From: Selaginella moellendorffii
Taxonomy: Eukaryota; Plantae; Lycopodiophyta
NCBI RefSeq assembly: GCF_000143415.4
Contig: NW_003314296.1
Coordinates: 911,645-975,644 of the forward strand
DNA: 64,000 nucleotides
Direction: 5' to 3'
Made by a program: the position numbers and the translations under genes. The number at the start of each line of letters is the position of its first letter. The first letter of the stretch is position 1. The notes beneath the pieces are model-generated. The model did not search any database, was not told the DNA's origin, and saw only the letters and a program-made list of their open reading frames with translations. Below, in pieces: positions 1 to 12,334 of the stretch.

Positions 1-789
1 CAATTAACATCCGAAACAACGAGCAGTTCCATCCGGACTTCGTTGCCATCAATCCCAACTCCAAAATCCCCGCAATCGTCGATCCAAATGGCCCAGGTTT
101 GCTGCTCTTTTGATCGCTTGTCTTTTCGATCTTTCTAATTTGGATTCGCTATCCAGATGGAAAACCCATGAATGTCTTCGAGAGTGGAGCGATTCTTCTC
201 TATCTGGCGGAGAAGACGGGCAAGTTCATCTCGCAAGATCCCAGGCTAAAGTGGGAGACAATCCAGTGGGTCTTCTTCCAAATGGCAGGCGTTGGCCCAA
301 TGTCCGGCCAGGTTAGAGAAACTTGTGAATTCCTAGATTTCATGGATCATCGTTGTGTTCTTCGTTGATGCATGGGTTTTGTTCTCGTATCTTGGTGTTC
401 TTGGTGTTCTTGGCCTTGTTTATCTTGTTTGGGATTTTGTTCTTCATGTTCTTGAGCTCTCATTTGTTTCTTTCTTTCATTAGTTTGGGCACTTCTACTT
501 CCATGCCAGGGATAAGTGCGATCATCCATACCCCCTGGAGCGTTACTCCACCGAGGTGAAGCGCCTGATGGGAGTGCTGGAGAAGCGGCTTGAAGGGCGA
601 GAGTTTTTGATAGATGGCGGCTACTCCATCGCAGACATGGCCACTTTCCCATGGATCTACTGTATCGAGGTTTCCTACAAGGGGGCGGAGGTCATAGGCC
701 TCGAGAACTTCCCAAACGTCATGGCTTGGAAGGAGCGTTGCATGGAACGCCCGGCCACTGCCAAAGGTATGAAAGTGTGTAAGTTCTAA
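1..789 (+). CDS. Ure2p/Nu-class (YfcG/YghU-like) glutathione transferase, copy 1, 5' end outside window
   Basis: Spliced exons ~1-97, 157-311 and 484-789 give [38 protein letters not shown]...FQMAGVGPMSGQFGHF...YSIADMATFPW; GT-AG introns. Confidence 0.9.
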
Positions 790-1637
790 ATAGTAACTAG
801 AATAATTTGAAGGTGTTCTGTTTAATACTAAGAATTTAATCAATAATTGTCCAATACTAAAGTATGTTAAATAATATTCAGTAAGTACTAACTCCCATAT
901 TGCTAAAACTGATGCAAATCATCATGCCAGCCATTGCCCTACGTGATTTTTAGTTTGCATATGTCTACCATCTTTAATAATGGAGTTGGATAACAGAGGA
1001 AAAGCTCCTGTCGAGATATGTTTTTCTTCCACAAAAAGGAAGAACAATAAATCTGGCCTATCGCAATTGGAGCAAAGGATCTCAAGCAAGCAATAAAAGT
1101 GTTTACTGTGCCACCTCTAAATCAAAAAGGAAATATTAAAAATCTCAACTCAAAGCTAAGGAAGAAAAAGGAAAATCGGGTCCATATGCTGTTTTGATAA
1201 TCTTGTGGTGCCCAATTGGAAGCATGAGATTGATGGATGCAAAAATGTAAGTTGGATTATCATTTTGTATTAGTGGTGTCTTCGTTGTTGCTGCGATTCC
1301 ACTCATTGGCCTTGCCTTCTTCTTTTCCACGGCCATTTGTGTATTTCCTGTCACAACTCCATATATTTCAGGTAATTGGCGAGGGATGAGATTGTCTCCT
1401 TGATTGCAAAGATTATATGTGTTTCATGTCCTGGGAGTGGCTAAATCTAACAGCCTAATTTAACGAAATTTTCTTCCCGCCAATTACAATTAAGCTAGAG
1501 AATTTAATTGTAAAAATTCTTATAATTAAGTTCATTAAGTGTAAGGAGGGTATGTTTTTACCCTTGTATGATCTTCAGGGATCTTCTGCTCTTATCTGGA
1601 AGAGTGATTCGAATTCTCGCGAAAGATTTGAATATCG

Positions 1638-1960
1638 GCTGCGGCGGACGGGAAGATCTATGTTGCGACGAGAACAGGAACGCGCTCAAGAGCTGCAAGA
1701 GACTCGATCCAGCTCGCAACGAGTGGGAGGCTATGGCGGATTTAGGTCAAGAACGCAGGGGAATCGTGATGAATTGCAGCCAGTTTGCGGTTATGAGCGG
1801 ATAGAACGGATTCGCAAGGCGAGTTCAGTTCCAGCTCCGAAAGTTTTGACGGTGATTCCTCATGGCAGATTGGCAAGGGATCTGCAAGCGGGGCAGTGTA
1901 TTGCTTCCCTGTCACTAGGAAGATCATCTCTGCTTGCCTTGGTAGTGAGCGATTGCAGCA
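1638..1960 (+). pseudogene. Kelch-repeat fragment of a KFB/KMD-like F-box-kelch gene
   Basis: Across frameshifts reads DGKIYVA..DENRNALKSCKRLDPARNEWEAMADLGQER..VMSG.RTDSQGEFSSSSESFD, resembling plant KFB kelch repeats. Confidence 0.65.
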
Positions 1961-3545
1961 GGAGATTGTTGCTGTGGTTCAAGATCAAGGCGGGGAGTGT
2001 GTTACAAGCCGGATTGTAAAGATTCCTGAAATCTACTTAACTTGGTTAGGCAATTAGTCCCATTAATCTAATATTTAACTTAATAGTAAGTGAGACTCCT
2101 CATTAGTCAAATCATAACTGTTTCCTAGTTTAAAGCTAACGAGTGATCAGGTAATTTAATGAACGAGTGGGAAGACACTATAAATTAATTAGTTAAATTA
2201 GACTAATGGTGGATAGTTTAGGTCCTAAAGCAGGTTAAGCATTTAAATAATACTGCAAATTAGCATGTTCCTCTTAAAAAATAGAATATGCTAATCGTCA
2301 CTAGGGTTCATCTAGTGATTTGCTCACAGCTAGCATCTTCTTTGAAATTGAGAACCCAGGAAATTGTAAGAGATCCTGCTTGTCTGAACTTAATAATGTG
2401 ATCAAGTTTATTTATACAGTAAAACAACAACTGAGCTGGATTTCCTCCCAGAGTCCCATTGGCGGCTTTGCTGTGCCTGAATGGGAATCTACTGCACAAA
2501 GAGTGTGATTTATTCCTATGATTAATATTGAGCACTACAGATTGAGCGGCGAGGAAGAAGAAACTGAAGATCATGACGATCTTACTAACAATTTCATCCA
2601 TAAATAATTATTGATGATTTTCATGCATTCATCAGAAAAATAAAAAAAGAGGATCGCTTTCACTCCATTTTAGGTATATATATAATTTTATTGGACCCTA
2701 GTGATATCAAAGACTATGTGGCGATGGCTAGTGCAGGTAAGAGTTAGGATCTAATAGATCCTTGCTTAAACAATAACCTTGCTTATCTTTGGAAAGAGGT
2801 GAGATAGGATCATGATGCTCATCACTGGCATGCTCAACCATGTCATCACCATGGGTTGCAGACTTGTTCCCACAGATCTCATGCTGCTACTGATGAAACC
2901 ATCTAGTTTGCATCGCCAAGAGGGCAGTGCCAACTTGGCACGATTATGGGCCCCGACGTGTTATTGCCTGGGTGCGACAAGTGGAGATAATTTTGAAGTA
3001 CAAAAACACCGGCACTCAAGTATGAAACTGGACGATTCCGTTTCTAATTTTCCGAAGAATGTTTTTTTTCGTGGTGGACAATTCGTCCACTCGCAGACTT
3101 TTTTGAGTTAGGCCAGGATCGATTCACACTTCAAACTTAAATCACCAACTTAAAAGCATATACTCACAGCATAGACCATTTCTGATCGATAAACCTAACA
3201 GGTCTTCTTTTAAGTCTTTTTTTATTTGCCCTTGTATTTGCTACCCCTTAACCTTATACATATTGTTTTTTCTTTGTGAATTTGCCCAATGAATAAACGA
3301 ACTGCAGAACTTTGCCGAGTGATGAATTTTGCCGAACTGCAGAACTTCACTGCTGCAGTGCACTATCTAGTCAAATCCTAAGAGTAGGCATCCATTTGGG
3401 AATAGGGGGAGCTGTAATTTCAAGATTTCAAGCTTACGTTTTACAAAATGATTTGTTTTGTGTGCTTTTATATGAGCAGCGCAAGACTATCAAAACAGCA
3501 TACAGATAGATTAAAGCCAAAAAACAAACCAGCACAAACCTTGTA

Positions 3546-4253
3546 TCACGTCTCTTGCACTAGAGGAACTAGTATAAATTCCCCCACTCCATTTCTTCGG
3601 TTGCGGGACTCCTCCCTTCGGAGCTTAAAGTAGAAACTAAAGGCGGGATCAAACAGAGTCCAAAAGGTTCTATCATATCCAATCAGTAATGCACAGCTTG
3701 GGATGCGATCAAGGTCATACATCCCGCCGTAAAGCGGCTGTGGATTATATCCCAGTTTTCGAACCAGGGATGCATCTTCCATCCACACCAAGCTGCGACG
3801 ATCTGTGCATCGAATGCTTGTCACCACCGGATGCTTGGCAACCATTTCCAAAAGCAACGCTTCACTGGCCTTGTGGATCCTCACTATGGATCCCGGCATA
3901 CCTTCCAAAGCTGCCCTTTCCTCATCCAAAACTATTAACTCTGAGCTGGTTGAGGATGATATTTTGGATACGAGCAATCTTTCACCAATCTTGGCCTGAA
4001 TGGCTGCACAGAGCAAGATTGAGTCCAGCCAAGAGACATTGCTCATCTCGACGGCCGAAAAGCAAGTTTGGACGAGGTCGCTCCAGTCGACCCTGCTGCT
4101 TGAAATGAAGTCGCCACCACTAACAATTCTCACCTGATCCATGCGCTTTACCCGCGAGAGAAACTCTTCCTCGTCGCGCCACTTAGAGCCGCGGATATTC
4201 ACCCTCTCCGGGAGTATGACACCCGCTTTTGGCCGTGACGAAAACACTCCCAT
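3546..4253 (-). CDS. Intronless papain (C1A)-fold-like protein with degenerate catalytic residues and predicted N-myristoylation
   Basis: 235-aa ORF starting MGVFSS. Motifs VDW, EALLLEMVAKHPVVTSI, CALLIGYDRTFW and YFKLRR align by eye to papain VDWR, EALMKAVANQPVSVAI, HAVLLVGYG..YW and YFRIxR. Confidence 0.55.
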   Translation of the reverse strand: MGVFSSRPKAGVILPERVNIRGSKWRDEEEFLSRVKRMDQVRIVSGGDFISSSRVDWSDLVQTCFSAVEMSNVSWLDSILLCAAIQAKIGERLLVSKISSSTSSELIVLDEERAALEGMPGSIVRIHKASEALLLEMVAKHPVVTSIRCTDRRSLVWMEDASLVRKLGYNPQPLYGGMYDLDRIPSCALLIGYDRTFWTLFDPAFSFYFKLRREESRNRRNGVGEFILVPLVQET

Positions 4254-4660
4254 ACTGCGCTATTAGGGATTAGGGATTAACCATTTAAAAGCCCTAACCC
4301 TAAATTTGTCCTGCTGCCTCGTCATCGTCGGCCGTGTTTTAGACTAGGAATTGCAGAGCGCGGAGGCGCTCTACGAGTAGCGCCGGCGGCCGCTGATGCA
4401 GATCTTGCGTCGGTAGGCTTGGTAGGCGCCTCGTTAGGCGATGTGGTGGCTGACTCATTAGGTGACGTGGCGCCTGCTCGCCAGGCGACGTAGTTGGGCA
4501 CCAGCATATAGATAGATAAAATAGAATACTTTCCAGATTTTCCTTTTTCTTCTCTTAGCTTGAGATTTCTTATATTTCCTTCTAGGTTTGGAGGTGCCAC
4601 ACTAAACAGTTAAATTCTTATCATAGAACACCTTTAAATTATTCTAGTTATACACACTAT

Positions 4661-5599
4661 TTAGAACTTACACACTTTCATACCTTTGGCAGTGGCCGGG
4701 CGTTCCATGCAACGCTCCTTCCAAGCCATGACGCTTGGGAAGTTCTCGAGGCCTATGACCTCCGCCCCCTTGTAGAAAACCTCGATACAGTAGATCCATG
4801 GGAAGGTGGCCATGTCCGCGATGGAGTAGCCGCCATCTATCAAAAACTCTCGCCCTTCGAGCCGCTTCTCCAGCACTCCCATCAGGCGCTTCACCTCGGT
4901 GGAGTAACGCTCCAGGGGGTATGGATGATCGCACTTATCCTTGGCATAGACGTAGAAGTGCCCAAACTAATGAAAGAAAGAAACAAATGAGAGCTCAAGA
5001 ACATGAAGAACAAAATCCCAAACAAGATAAACAAGGCCAAGAACACCAAGAACACCAAGATACAAGAACAAAACCCATGCATCAACGAAGAACACAACGA
5101 TGATCCATGAAATCTAGGAATTCACAAGTTTCTCTAACCTGGCCGGCCATTGGGCCAACGCCTGCCATTTGGAAGAAGACCCACTGGATTGTCTCCCACT
5201 TGAGCCTGGGATCTTGCGAGATGAACTTGCCCGTCTTCTCCGCCAGATAGAGAAGAATCGCTCCACTCTCGAAGACATTCATGGGTTTTCCATCTGGATA
5301 GCGAATCCAAATTAGAAAGATCGAAAAGACAAGCGATCAAAAGAGCAGCAAACCTGGGCCATTTGGATCGACGATTGCGGGGATTTTGGAGTTGGGATTG
5401 ATGGCAACGAAGTCCGGATGGAACTGCTCGTTGTTTCGGATGTTAAATGTGTGCGGCTCGTAGTCAAGCCCCATTTCTTCGAGCGCAATGCTCACCTGAT
5501 CGTTTAGATCAAACTCCGATCAAACAAGAGAAAATCCTTGGCTGTGATCAATACCTTCATGCCATTTGGAGTGGCAAGGCTGTAGAGCTGGATCGCCAT
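4661..5599 (-). CDS. Ure2p/Nu-class GST, copy 2 (4 exons)
   Basis: ATG at 5599, MAIQLYSLATPNGMK; near-identical to copies 1 and 3; stop at 4661. Confidence 0.9.
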
Positions 5600-5720
5600 A
5601 GCCGCGATGTGGTTCTTCCCCTAGGGTTTATCTTACATCCTTGACTTTTATCCACGTGGCGCGCACCTCACGGTCAAACTGCCACGTGTTAGAGTAAAAG
5701 TTTCACAACGAATCTTTTGA
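5600..5720. promoter_or_regulatory. Putative bidirectional GST/PPR promoter with two G-boxes
   Basis: Divergent ATGs 121 bp apart; CACGTG at 5653 and 5683. Confidence 0.55.
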
Positions 5721-8115
5721 ATGATCTTTGTTCTTGGCTCGAAGAAGAAGAGAAACCCACCGCAACGATTTCCTTCTCTCGGGATCCATCTCTCTTCCAA
5801 GGATCAATCGGTGCCAGATCTCGCAAAGACCCAGCTCCAAAAATCCCTCGACCAGCTCGAGAGCCGCGAGATCCGAGGAGATTTCACCCTCTACAGCTCG
5901 CTCTTAGCTCAATGCAGCGCCGCCAGATGCCTCGCCGCGGCACGGCGGATCCATGCCTTGATCCTACGCGATCGATACAACTCAGAGCTGGTCATCAACA
6001 ATATAGCCGTGAGGATGTTTGGCGCTTGCGGTGGATTGGACGAAGCAAGGAGTCTCTTCGCGAGAATTCGTCCCAGGAACGTTTTCTCGTACAACATCAT
6101 GCTTGGCGCACTTTCCCAAAACGGGCATATTTACGACGCAAGGAATCTCTTTGATCTGATGCCTGGAAGAACAGATGTGTCGTGGACTACCATGATTTCC
6201 TCTTATACATCCACCGGGGAAGTCTCTCAAGCGAAAGAAATCTTCGATGAAATTCCCGAAAAGGATAGGATTTCATGGAACGCGATGATCACAGCATATG
6301 CCCAAGCTGGGTATTGTTACGAGGCCCTTGAGATGCTCAGAAACATGGATTTGGAGGGCCTCCAGCCCGACAACATAACATTCATCAGCAGCATAAATTG
6401 CTGTTCCACTGTCGGCTGCCAGGTGACGGGGCGACAGCTCCATGATGATGTCGTTGATTTGGGCCTCATGGCGCATGTCTCCGTGGCCACTGCCTGCGTT
6501 AGCATGTACGGGAAGTTTGGTCGGGTCGAGAAAGCCACTGAGATCTTTGACAAAATCCCGCAAAGGAATGTCGTGTCGTGGACGACAATGGTTGCAGCAT
6601 ATGCCCAGAATGGGCATCTTGAAGAAGCGAGAGAAATATTCGAGCGGGCGTCTCAACGAAACGATGTTACGTGGAATGCGATGCTGGCGGCTTTTGTGCA
6701 GGGTGGACAGCTCTATAACGCAAGAGTAATGTTTGATTGTATGCCCATGCAGAACGCTTCTACGTGGAACACGCTGATTGCGGCGTTTGGCCAGAGAGGG
6801 GATTTGGAGGAAGCCACGGACTTGTTCCATCGAATGCCGCTGCCGAATCTGATATCTTGGAACACCATCATCTTTGCAAATGCCCATAACGGGCGTGGAG
6901 AGAATTCCATCAAGCTGCTGATGAGACAATGTTTGCGAGGTGCCAGAATCTGGACAGCGCCAAACTTGTGTTTGACAATGCGGATCAACACGATGTCATG
7001 CTATGCAACTCTATGCTCTATGCGTATACTCAAAACGGGCATCTTGAGGCAGCCAAGAGGATGTTCTCACAAATGAAGGAAAAAAATACAGTCTCTTTCA
7101 ACCTGATGATAACCATGAACGTCCAAAACGGGCTCATAGATGACGCCGAGAAGATGCTTTCGACAATGCCAGACCGGGATGTTGTCTCAAACAACACAAT
7201 GATGCTGGGCTATGCCCAGGTTCTCAAGCTGGAGCAAGCAAAGTGTATCTTTGACAAGATGCAAGAGAAGAACATCGTGTCATGGAACACGATGATTCTC
7301 GCATTTGCCCAAAATGGCCACTACAGCGACGCATGGCTGCTTTACAGAACTCTCAACTTGGATGGCTTTCATGCGAATAACTTCACCTTTGTTGGTGCAC
7401 TGGAAGCCCTCTTAGGGATTTCATCGCTGCAAGAGACGAGAGCTCTCCACGCGATGATCCTCGAGAGTGGATTCCTCTCCGACGTGAGCGTCGCCACTGG
7501 GCTTGTGAACGTCTACGGAAAATGTGGCAACATATCCGAGGCTACCAGGATCTTTCATGGCATGCCCTGGTATCCTGGAGCGCCATGGTAACGGCATATG
7601 CCCAGAATGGGCATAACATGTCAGCCTTGACGTGCTTTGGGCTCATGCAGCAGCAGGGTTTCGTACCGGATGCCGTGACGTTTGTGGCCGCCATATCAGC
7701 TTGCAGCCACGCGGGGCTTGTGGAGGCCGCTCGAGGCTACTTTCTCTCGATGCAAGTGGACTTCATGATTGATCCAATCTGCGAGCATTTTGGGTGCTTG
7801 ATTGATCTGCTGGGCCGTTCTGGGAAGCTGGAATCTACGCAGGAGTTGATCAAGTGCATGCCGTTTTTGCCGGATTCTCGCAGCTGGACGGCACTCTTGA
7901 ATGCCTGTTGCATACATGGCGATCTCACTAGAGCCTCGAGCATTGGTGATTTGATAATTGAGATGCCGGGATGTGACGAAGCTGGGCCTTATGTGCTGCT
8001 TTCTAATGTTTACAGCGTCCTAGGAGAGCGAGGGAAAGCTTCAAGAGTCCAAGAGATTCTGTCCAGAAAAATAAATAAAGGTCTAATGATAGTGGATATA
8101 CCTAGAATCTCGTAG
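5721..8115 (+). pseudogene. PLS/E-class PPR gene, frameshifted copy
   Basis: Paralogue of 14602-17142, with a 157-bp deletion near 6926 and a 10-bp deletion near 7567 that split it into three ORFs. Confidence 0.85.
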
Positions 8116-8483
8116 TATATTCAATAAATTGCTATGCGTTGCATGTAGCTACGCTTAGTTTGCTTTAATACTAGTGTTATTATTACTTATTAATCCAATT
8201 GATCAAATCAAGTTTATAATTATAAGCATGTTTGTAATTTATATATACAAGATTAATTTTATTGCATATCAACTGTTAGATGGTAGAATAAAAAAGAATA
8301 TACTAGAAAAGGTTTAAGAAAGTTTATAAATTATAAACATGTTTATAAATTATAAATACAAGATTAATCTAAATGAATAACAACCGTTAGATGGTAAAAT
8401 ATCCTAGAATATTCAAGAATATTCTAAATATATCCACTACCATCCCAGTTCCCTATAAATTTGCTTAAGCAAACCAAAAATAG

Positions 8484-8745
8484 TTAGACAAGTTTTCTTT
8501 TTAGCAAAACTTCCTTCAAACTAAATTCAAACTGAAGAATCGCAATGCGATGCAGCTCCTGCGATGAGCGCCTGCTCACCTCGAGATGATTTCCAGACCT
8601 CTCTGGACGATGGCCTTGACGATGATTTTCCTGTCTGCCAAGCTTGATCTCCCATTCTTTCTCGATCACGCTCCATGCTGCGTCCTTGTCCCGTGCAAAT
8701 TCCACTAGAAGTTTCATGTAAGCCAGTGGCAGTGGGAGCTTAAGG
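8484..8745 (-). pseudogene. C-terminal fragment of the TPR-SET family
   Basis: EFARDKDAAWSVIEKEWEIKLGRQE matches the C-terminus of the 10.4-kb gene (KFARDKDAARSVMERAWESRLGRQE). Confidence 0.65.
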
Positions 8746-10179
8746 TACCAAGACGTTGGCGGTAGTCTATGTATCCATAAAAATTCCCCATAACCACCAT
8801 GGCAACTAGACGTGGCGAGAGACAGGACAAATGCGAAATTCCGAGGATCCCGTCATCACGTATCTCCAGGCTGGGAATCGGTGCTAGAGGAGCTTCTCCA
8901 GCAACTGCCTCGAACAGACAGCTTAAACATTAATAAGGGCGTCCTCCACATCAGAAGTTAAAAAGACAATGAAACACTGAATAGAGGGAGTTGACATTAC
9001 CGGAATTTATGATGGATCCTCGACCATCTGGGACTTTTTATTATAGGATTTAAATCATTATCACATCACGATCTTGTATAAGAGTTTCATCAAGGAAAAC
9101 GATGCAATCAGGGCCTCTTTCCCAAAATATTGCAAGAGAAACACCAAAACGATCATCAAGAACAGTTTCATGAAGAAATTCCATGCAGTCTGGGCTCCTT
9201 TTCCCAACATTTGCAAGAGAAACACTGACACGATCGCCAACAACTTCATCAGCTCCAACAGCAACACAAAGAACACCTTCCGGATTTCCAAGACGGCAAT
9301 TTCCATGAAAACCCTTGAGAGTCAGAGGGTTTATATGCAAGAGAACAACCTTTTCGCCACCTTTTTCCATACAAAAACCTTAATGAATCTTCCTGGACAA
9401 TCCATGTGCATCCAGGTGGCAGTGAAGCTTGAAACCTCAGATCTCACCTAAACGCAAAATCGATCAGTAACCTCCTTGGCAAGAGCCCTTTCAAACGCCT
9501 TCTTGATAACTAATGTGTTTAGCATCATAAAGTTTATTTGCTTCATATAAAAGATAGATAGAATTACTAATTCTGTATGTATCTTGCAATAGTTTCCCTG
9601 ATTGTGAGGCCTAATTACTCCAAATCAAATATTCTGCAACTGACAAGCAACAACGGAGGATCATTTGGATGATGTAAATTAGACCTTATTATTATTTTTG
9701 TGAGGGTCTAGAGCTTTTGTTACAAATGTGTGTTTCTATTTAGGCTAATTATGAATGCAAGACCTTCACTGAGAAGATGTATTTATAACATGGCGCCGCA
9801 CTTCACAATACAGCATCCAGGGAGTGCAATGCTGCGCTTTGAAAACCATAGGTTTAATTGTGCCGTGAAAAATCACTTTGTCTAATGGTGACTGACATGA
9901 AACGAAGTACTTCATGCTTGACTGAGCGCATGAATCTATCCACATGTTTATAGGCCTATCTTATCTTCAGTGACCAACGATGAGGACTTTGGGCAAGCAC
10001 AGTGCGCTCACGTGATCGACCAACGCCAGAGATTACGAGTGAGACTTACAGTCTGGATGTTTAGCCAGGGGTGCAATGGCGCATTTTGAAAGAAAACGAA
10101 ACAAAATATCAATCCCTCGATTTGTATCGTTACCGCCTTGTTCGGATATTCTATGGCATATTTTTTAACCACCCTTGCT

Positions 10180-10300
10180 TTTTAAAGGAAGAGCCCTAAA
10201 GGCACTTTATTCATTTTAGAGGAAGAGCCCTAAAGGCACTTTATTTCCTTTAACATAAGGATTCATTATTTTAAAGGAAGAACCCTAAAGGCGCTTTCCT
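10180..10300. repeat. Three short GGAAGAGCCCTAAAGGCACTTT repeats upstream of the TPR-SET gene
   Basis: Direct repeats visible here and again at ~24600-24715. Confidence 0.7.
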
Positions 10301-10410
10301 TACATTTGTCTCAGGGTTTTGGCTATGGTGCTCCACACCGCGGTGATGCTCCGCCTCGCCCACGTGCCAAGGGCGGCACCGATTCTTTCACACCATTCCT
10401 TCCCTAGGAT

Positions 10411-12334
10411 GTGTTGCGCTCGGATCCGCTGACAATGCTTGCTTCGATGCTCCTCCAGCGGGCACACGGCATTCCCTCCGCGGCGATCTCCACCATAGCT
10501 CCTGTCCGGATTGGAGATCTAGAGCCGGAATCGCGCGCGGTGGGGCGTGTTCTTCATGGATTTCTGGCCGCGGACGCGCTCATGATCGACGGCAGCGTCC
10601 AGGTACTCACAATGCTCGAGGATTCCAGCGGTGAATCGGTGCTGCTCGCGATCAAGCATCCGGTGGTGAGCAATGCCTCGGAGGTGGAGGTCCGGGCGAA
10701 ATTTCCTCGGGGGTCAAGGAGCCGACGCTGGTGCGGCCGCTGGACGATATGGGCGCGATCACGGCGATGGTCTCGGGGTTTCTCGGCGATTCAGGGCTGG
10801 ATCCGAGGTCCTACTGGTCCATCGCGCTTGACAATCCCGCGAACGTCGAGGTGCTCTCTTTCCTTGGCGAGGATTTCCTCCATGGACTTCAAGGTATGGG
10901 CCCCGCGAGGATCAGGATGGAAGGGAACAAGCTCTTCAAAGACGAGAGCTTTGAGGCTGCTGCTCAAGCCTATGGCTAGTGGCGCCGGCCAGGACGATCG
11001 CCAGAATCGGGTTCTAGCTCTCTCCAACCAAGCCGAGTGCTACCTCAAGCTGGGGTGATTTGAGGCTTGCGTCAGTGCTGCCAGTGCCGCTCTTGAGATG
11101 GATCCCAGCCATCTCAAGAGTGTGTATCGCAAGGCGTTGGTTTTGCTCAAGCTTCATCTCTACGACTGGTCGTGCCAGCTCTTGAGAGATTTCGCTGGGA
11201 CAGACCAAACCATCGACCAGCTATTCGAAAAGTCCCAGAAACTTGCCAGGCAAAGCCGGGACAGCAGCAGCGTCGCTCAGGAGATTTCCAACTCTTGTTG
11301 CCCGTGGAGCGATTCCAACAGCGAGACCAAAGCGCCAGAGCTTGCCGATTACGTTGGCCCGGTGTGAAGATGTGTGAAGACCCGGCTTGCGACCGAGACG
11401 CTGCTGCTCGGCTGCTTGAGATGGCCATGAAATCTCCACGGGTATACAAGCAGCTTCTCAGCCTCGTTTGCGAGGTGGCGGGCGACGAGCGAGAAGTCCC
11501 CGGCATGGAAACCTTCCGGCCGAACTGGACAACTGCCGAGGATTGGCCGATTTGCAGCACTGACAGCAGCGGCAGAGAAGCACTAGAAGGCATTGAAGTG
11601 AAGCGAACCTTTGAGATCGTCACCAAGGCATCCTACCATCCGAGCTCCTCGCGCGGCTTCGTCTACCTCGCAACATGGATCCTGCCGACCATTCCTGCGT
11701 TCCAAACGTCTGCAAAACGGACCTTGGAAAGGTGACCTGCTAGGTCGCGGCCCGAGATATCGATGCTGGAGAAGAGCTCGTTCTCTGCTACATCAATGGT
11801 GGCCATCCTTACAGGCGCAAGAGGCTGGGTTTCGCGTGCGACTGCAAGAAGTGCTACCTGGAGACGCTGCTGGACAAGGATCTCGCGGAGGTGAACGGCT
11901 ACTACAGGGACTTCGCCGAGGCAAACTTCGAGTTCAGGCTCAAGGGGGAGGCCGACCCGATCGAGATGGCGAAGACGCTGGAGACAGTTCTCGCGAGCAG
12001 GCTCAAGGACGAGGAGGAGCGACAGTGCTTGCGAGCGATTCACTGGTCGCTCTCCTTCTATTACCAGAGGCTGCAGAGTGGGGAGGCGGTGGTGGTGCCT
12101 GACGTCCCGGCGGCGGAGGTGGTGATGGAGGCCATGGAAAGGTTCACGACGGCCAGCGACGCAAATCTGGCATACATGATTTCTCTGGCGAAGTTTGCAC
12201 GGGACAAGGACGCGGCAAGGAGCGTGATGGAAAGAGCGTGGGAGAGCAGGCTTGGGAGACAGGAGGATCATCGCATTGTCGAGGCTTTTGTCGAGAGAGG
12301 TCTCGAGATTCTTGGAGCTTGGGGGTGGGCTTGA
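10411..12334 (+). pseudogene. TPR + SET-domain methyltransferase-like gene (ATXR1/SDG35-related), copy 1, disrupted
   Basis: TPR (EGNKLFK..LSNQAECYLKLG..KSVYRKA), ELADYVGPV, HSCVPN, post-SET GFACDCKKC; in-frame TGA at 11056 and frameshifts; GRGLFAT segment deleted. Confidence 0.8.

Larger units (their letters stand above)
4492..10165. repeat. Left arm of ~5.7-kb inverted segmental duplication
   Basis: Reverse complement matches ~12543-18360 (GST, PPR and intervening sequence); e.g. 10100-10145 mirrors 12555-12600. Confidence 0.9.

Noticed and set aside
353-559. Hydrophobic 68-aa ORF (also at 4891 and 17756)
   Set aside because: It lies mostly in the T-rich third GST intron; a compositional artefact.
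4263-4303. TTAGGGA/CCCTAA telomere-like motifs
   Set aside because: Too few copies for an interstitial telomere; more likely ordinary telo-box promoter elements.
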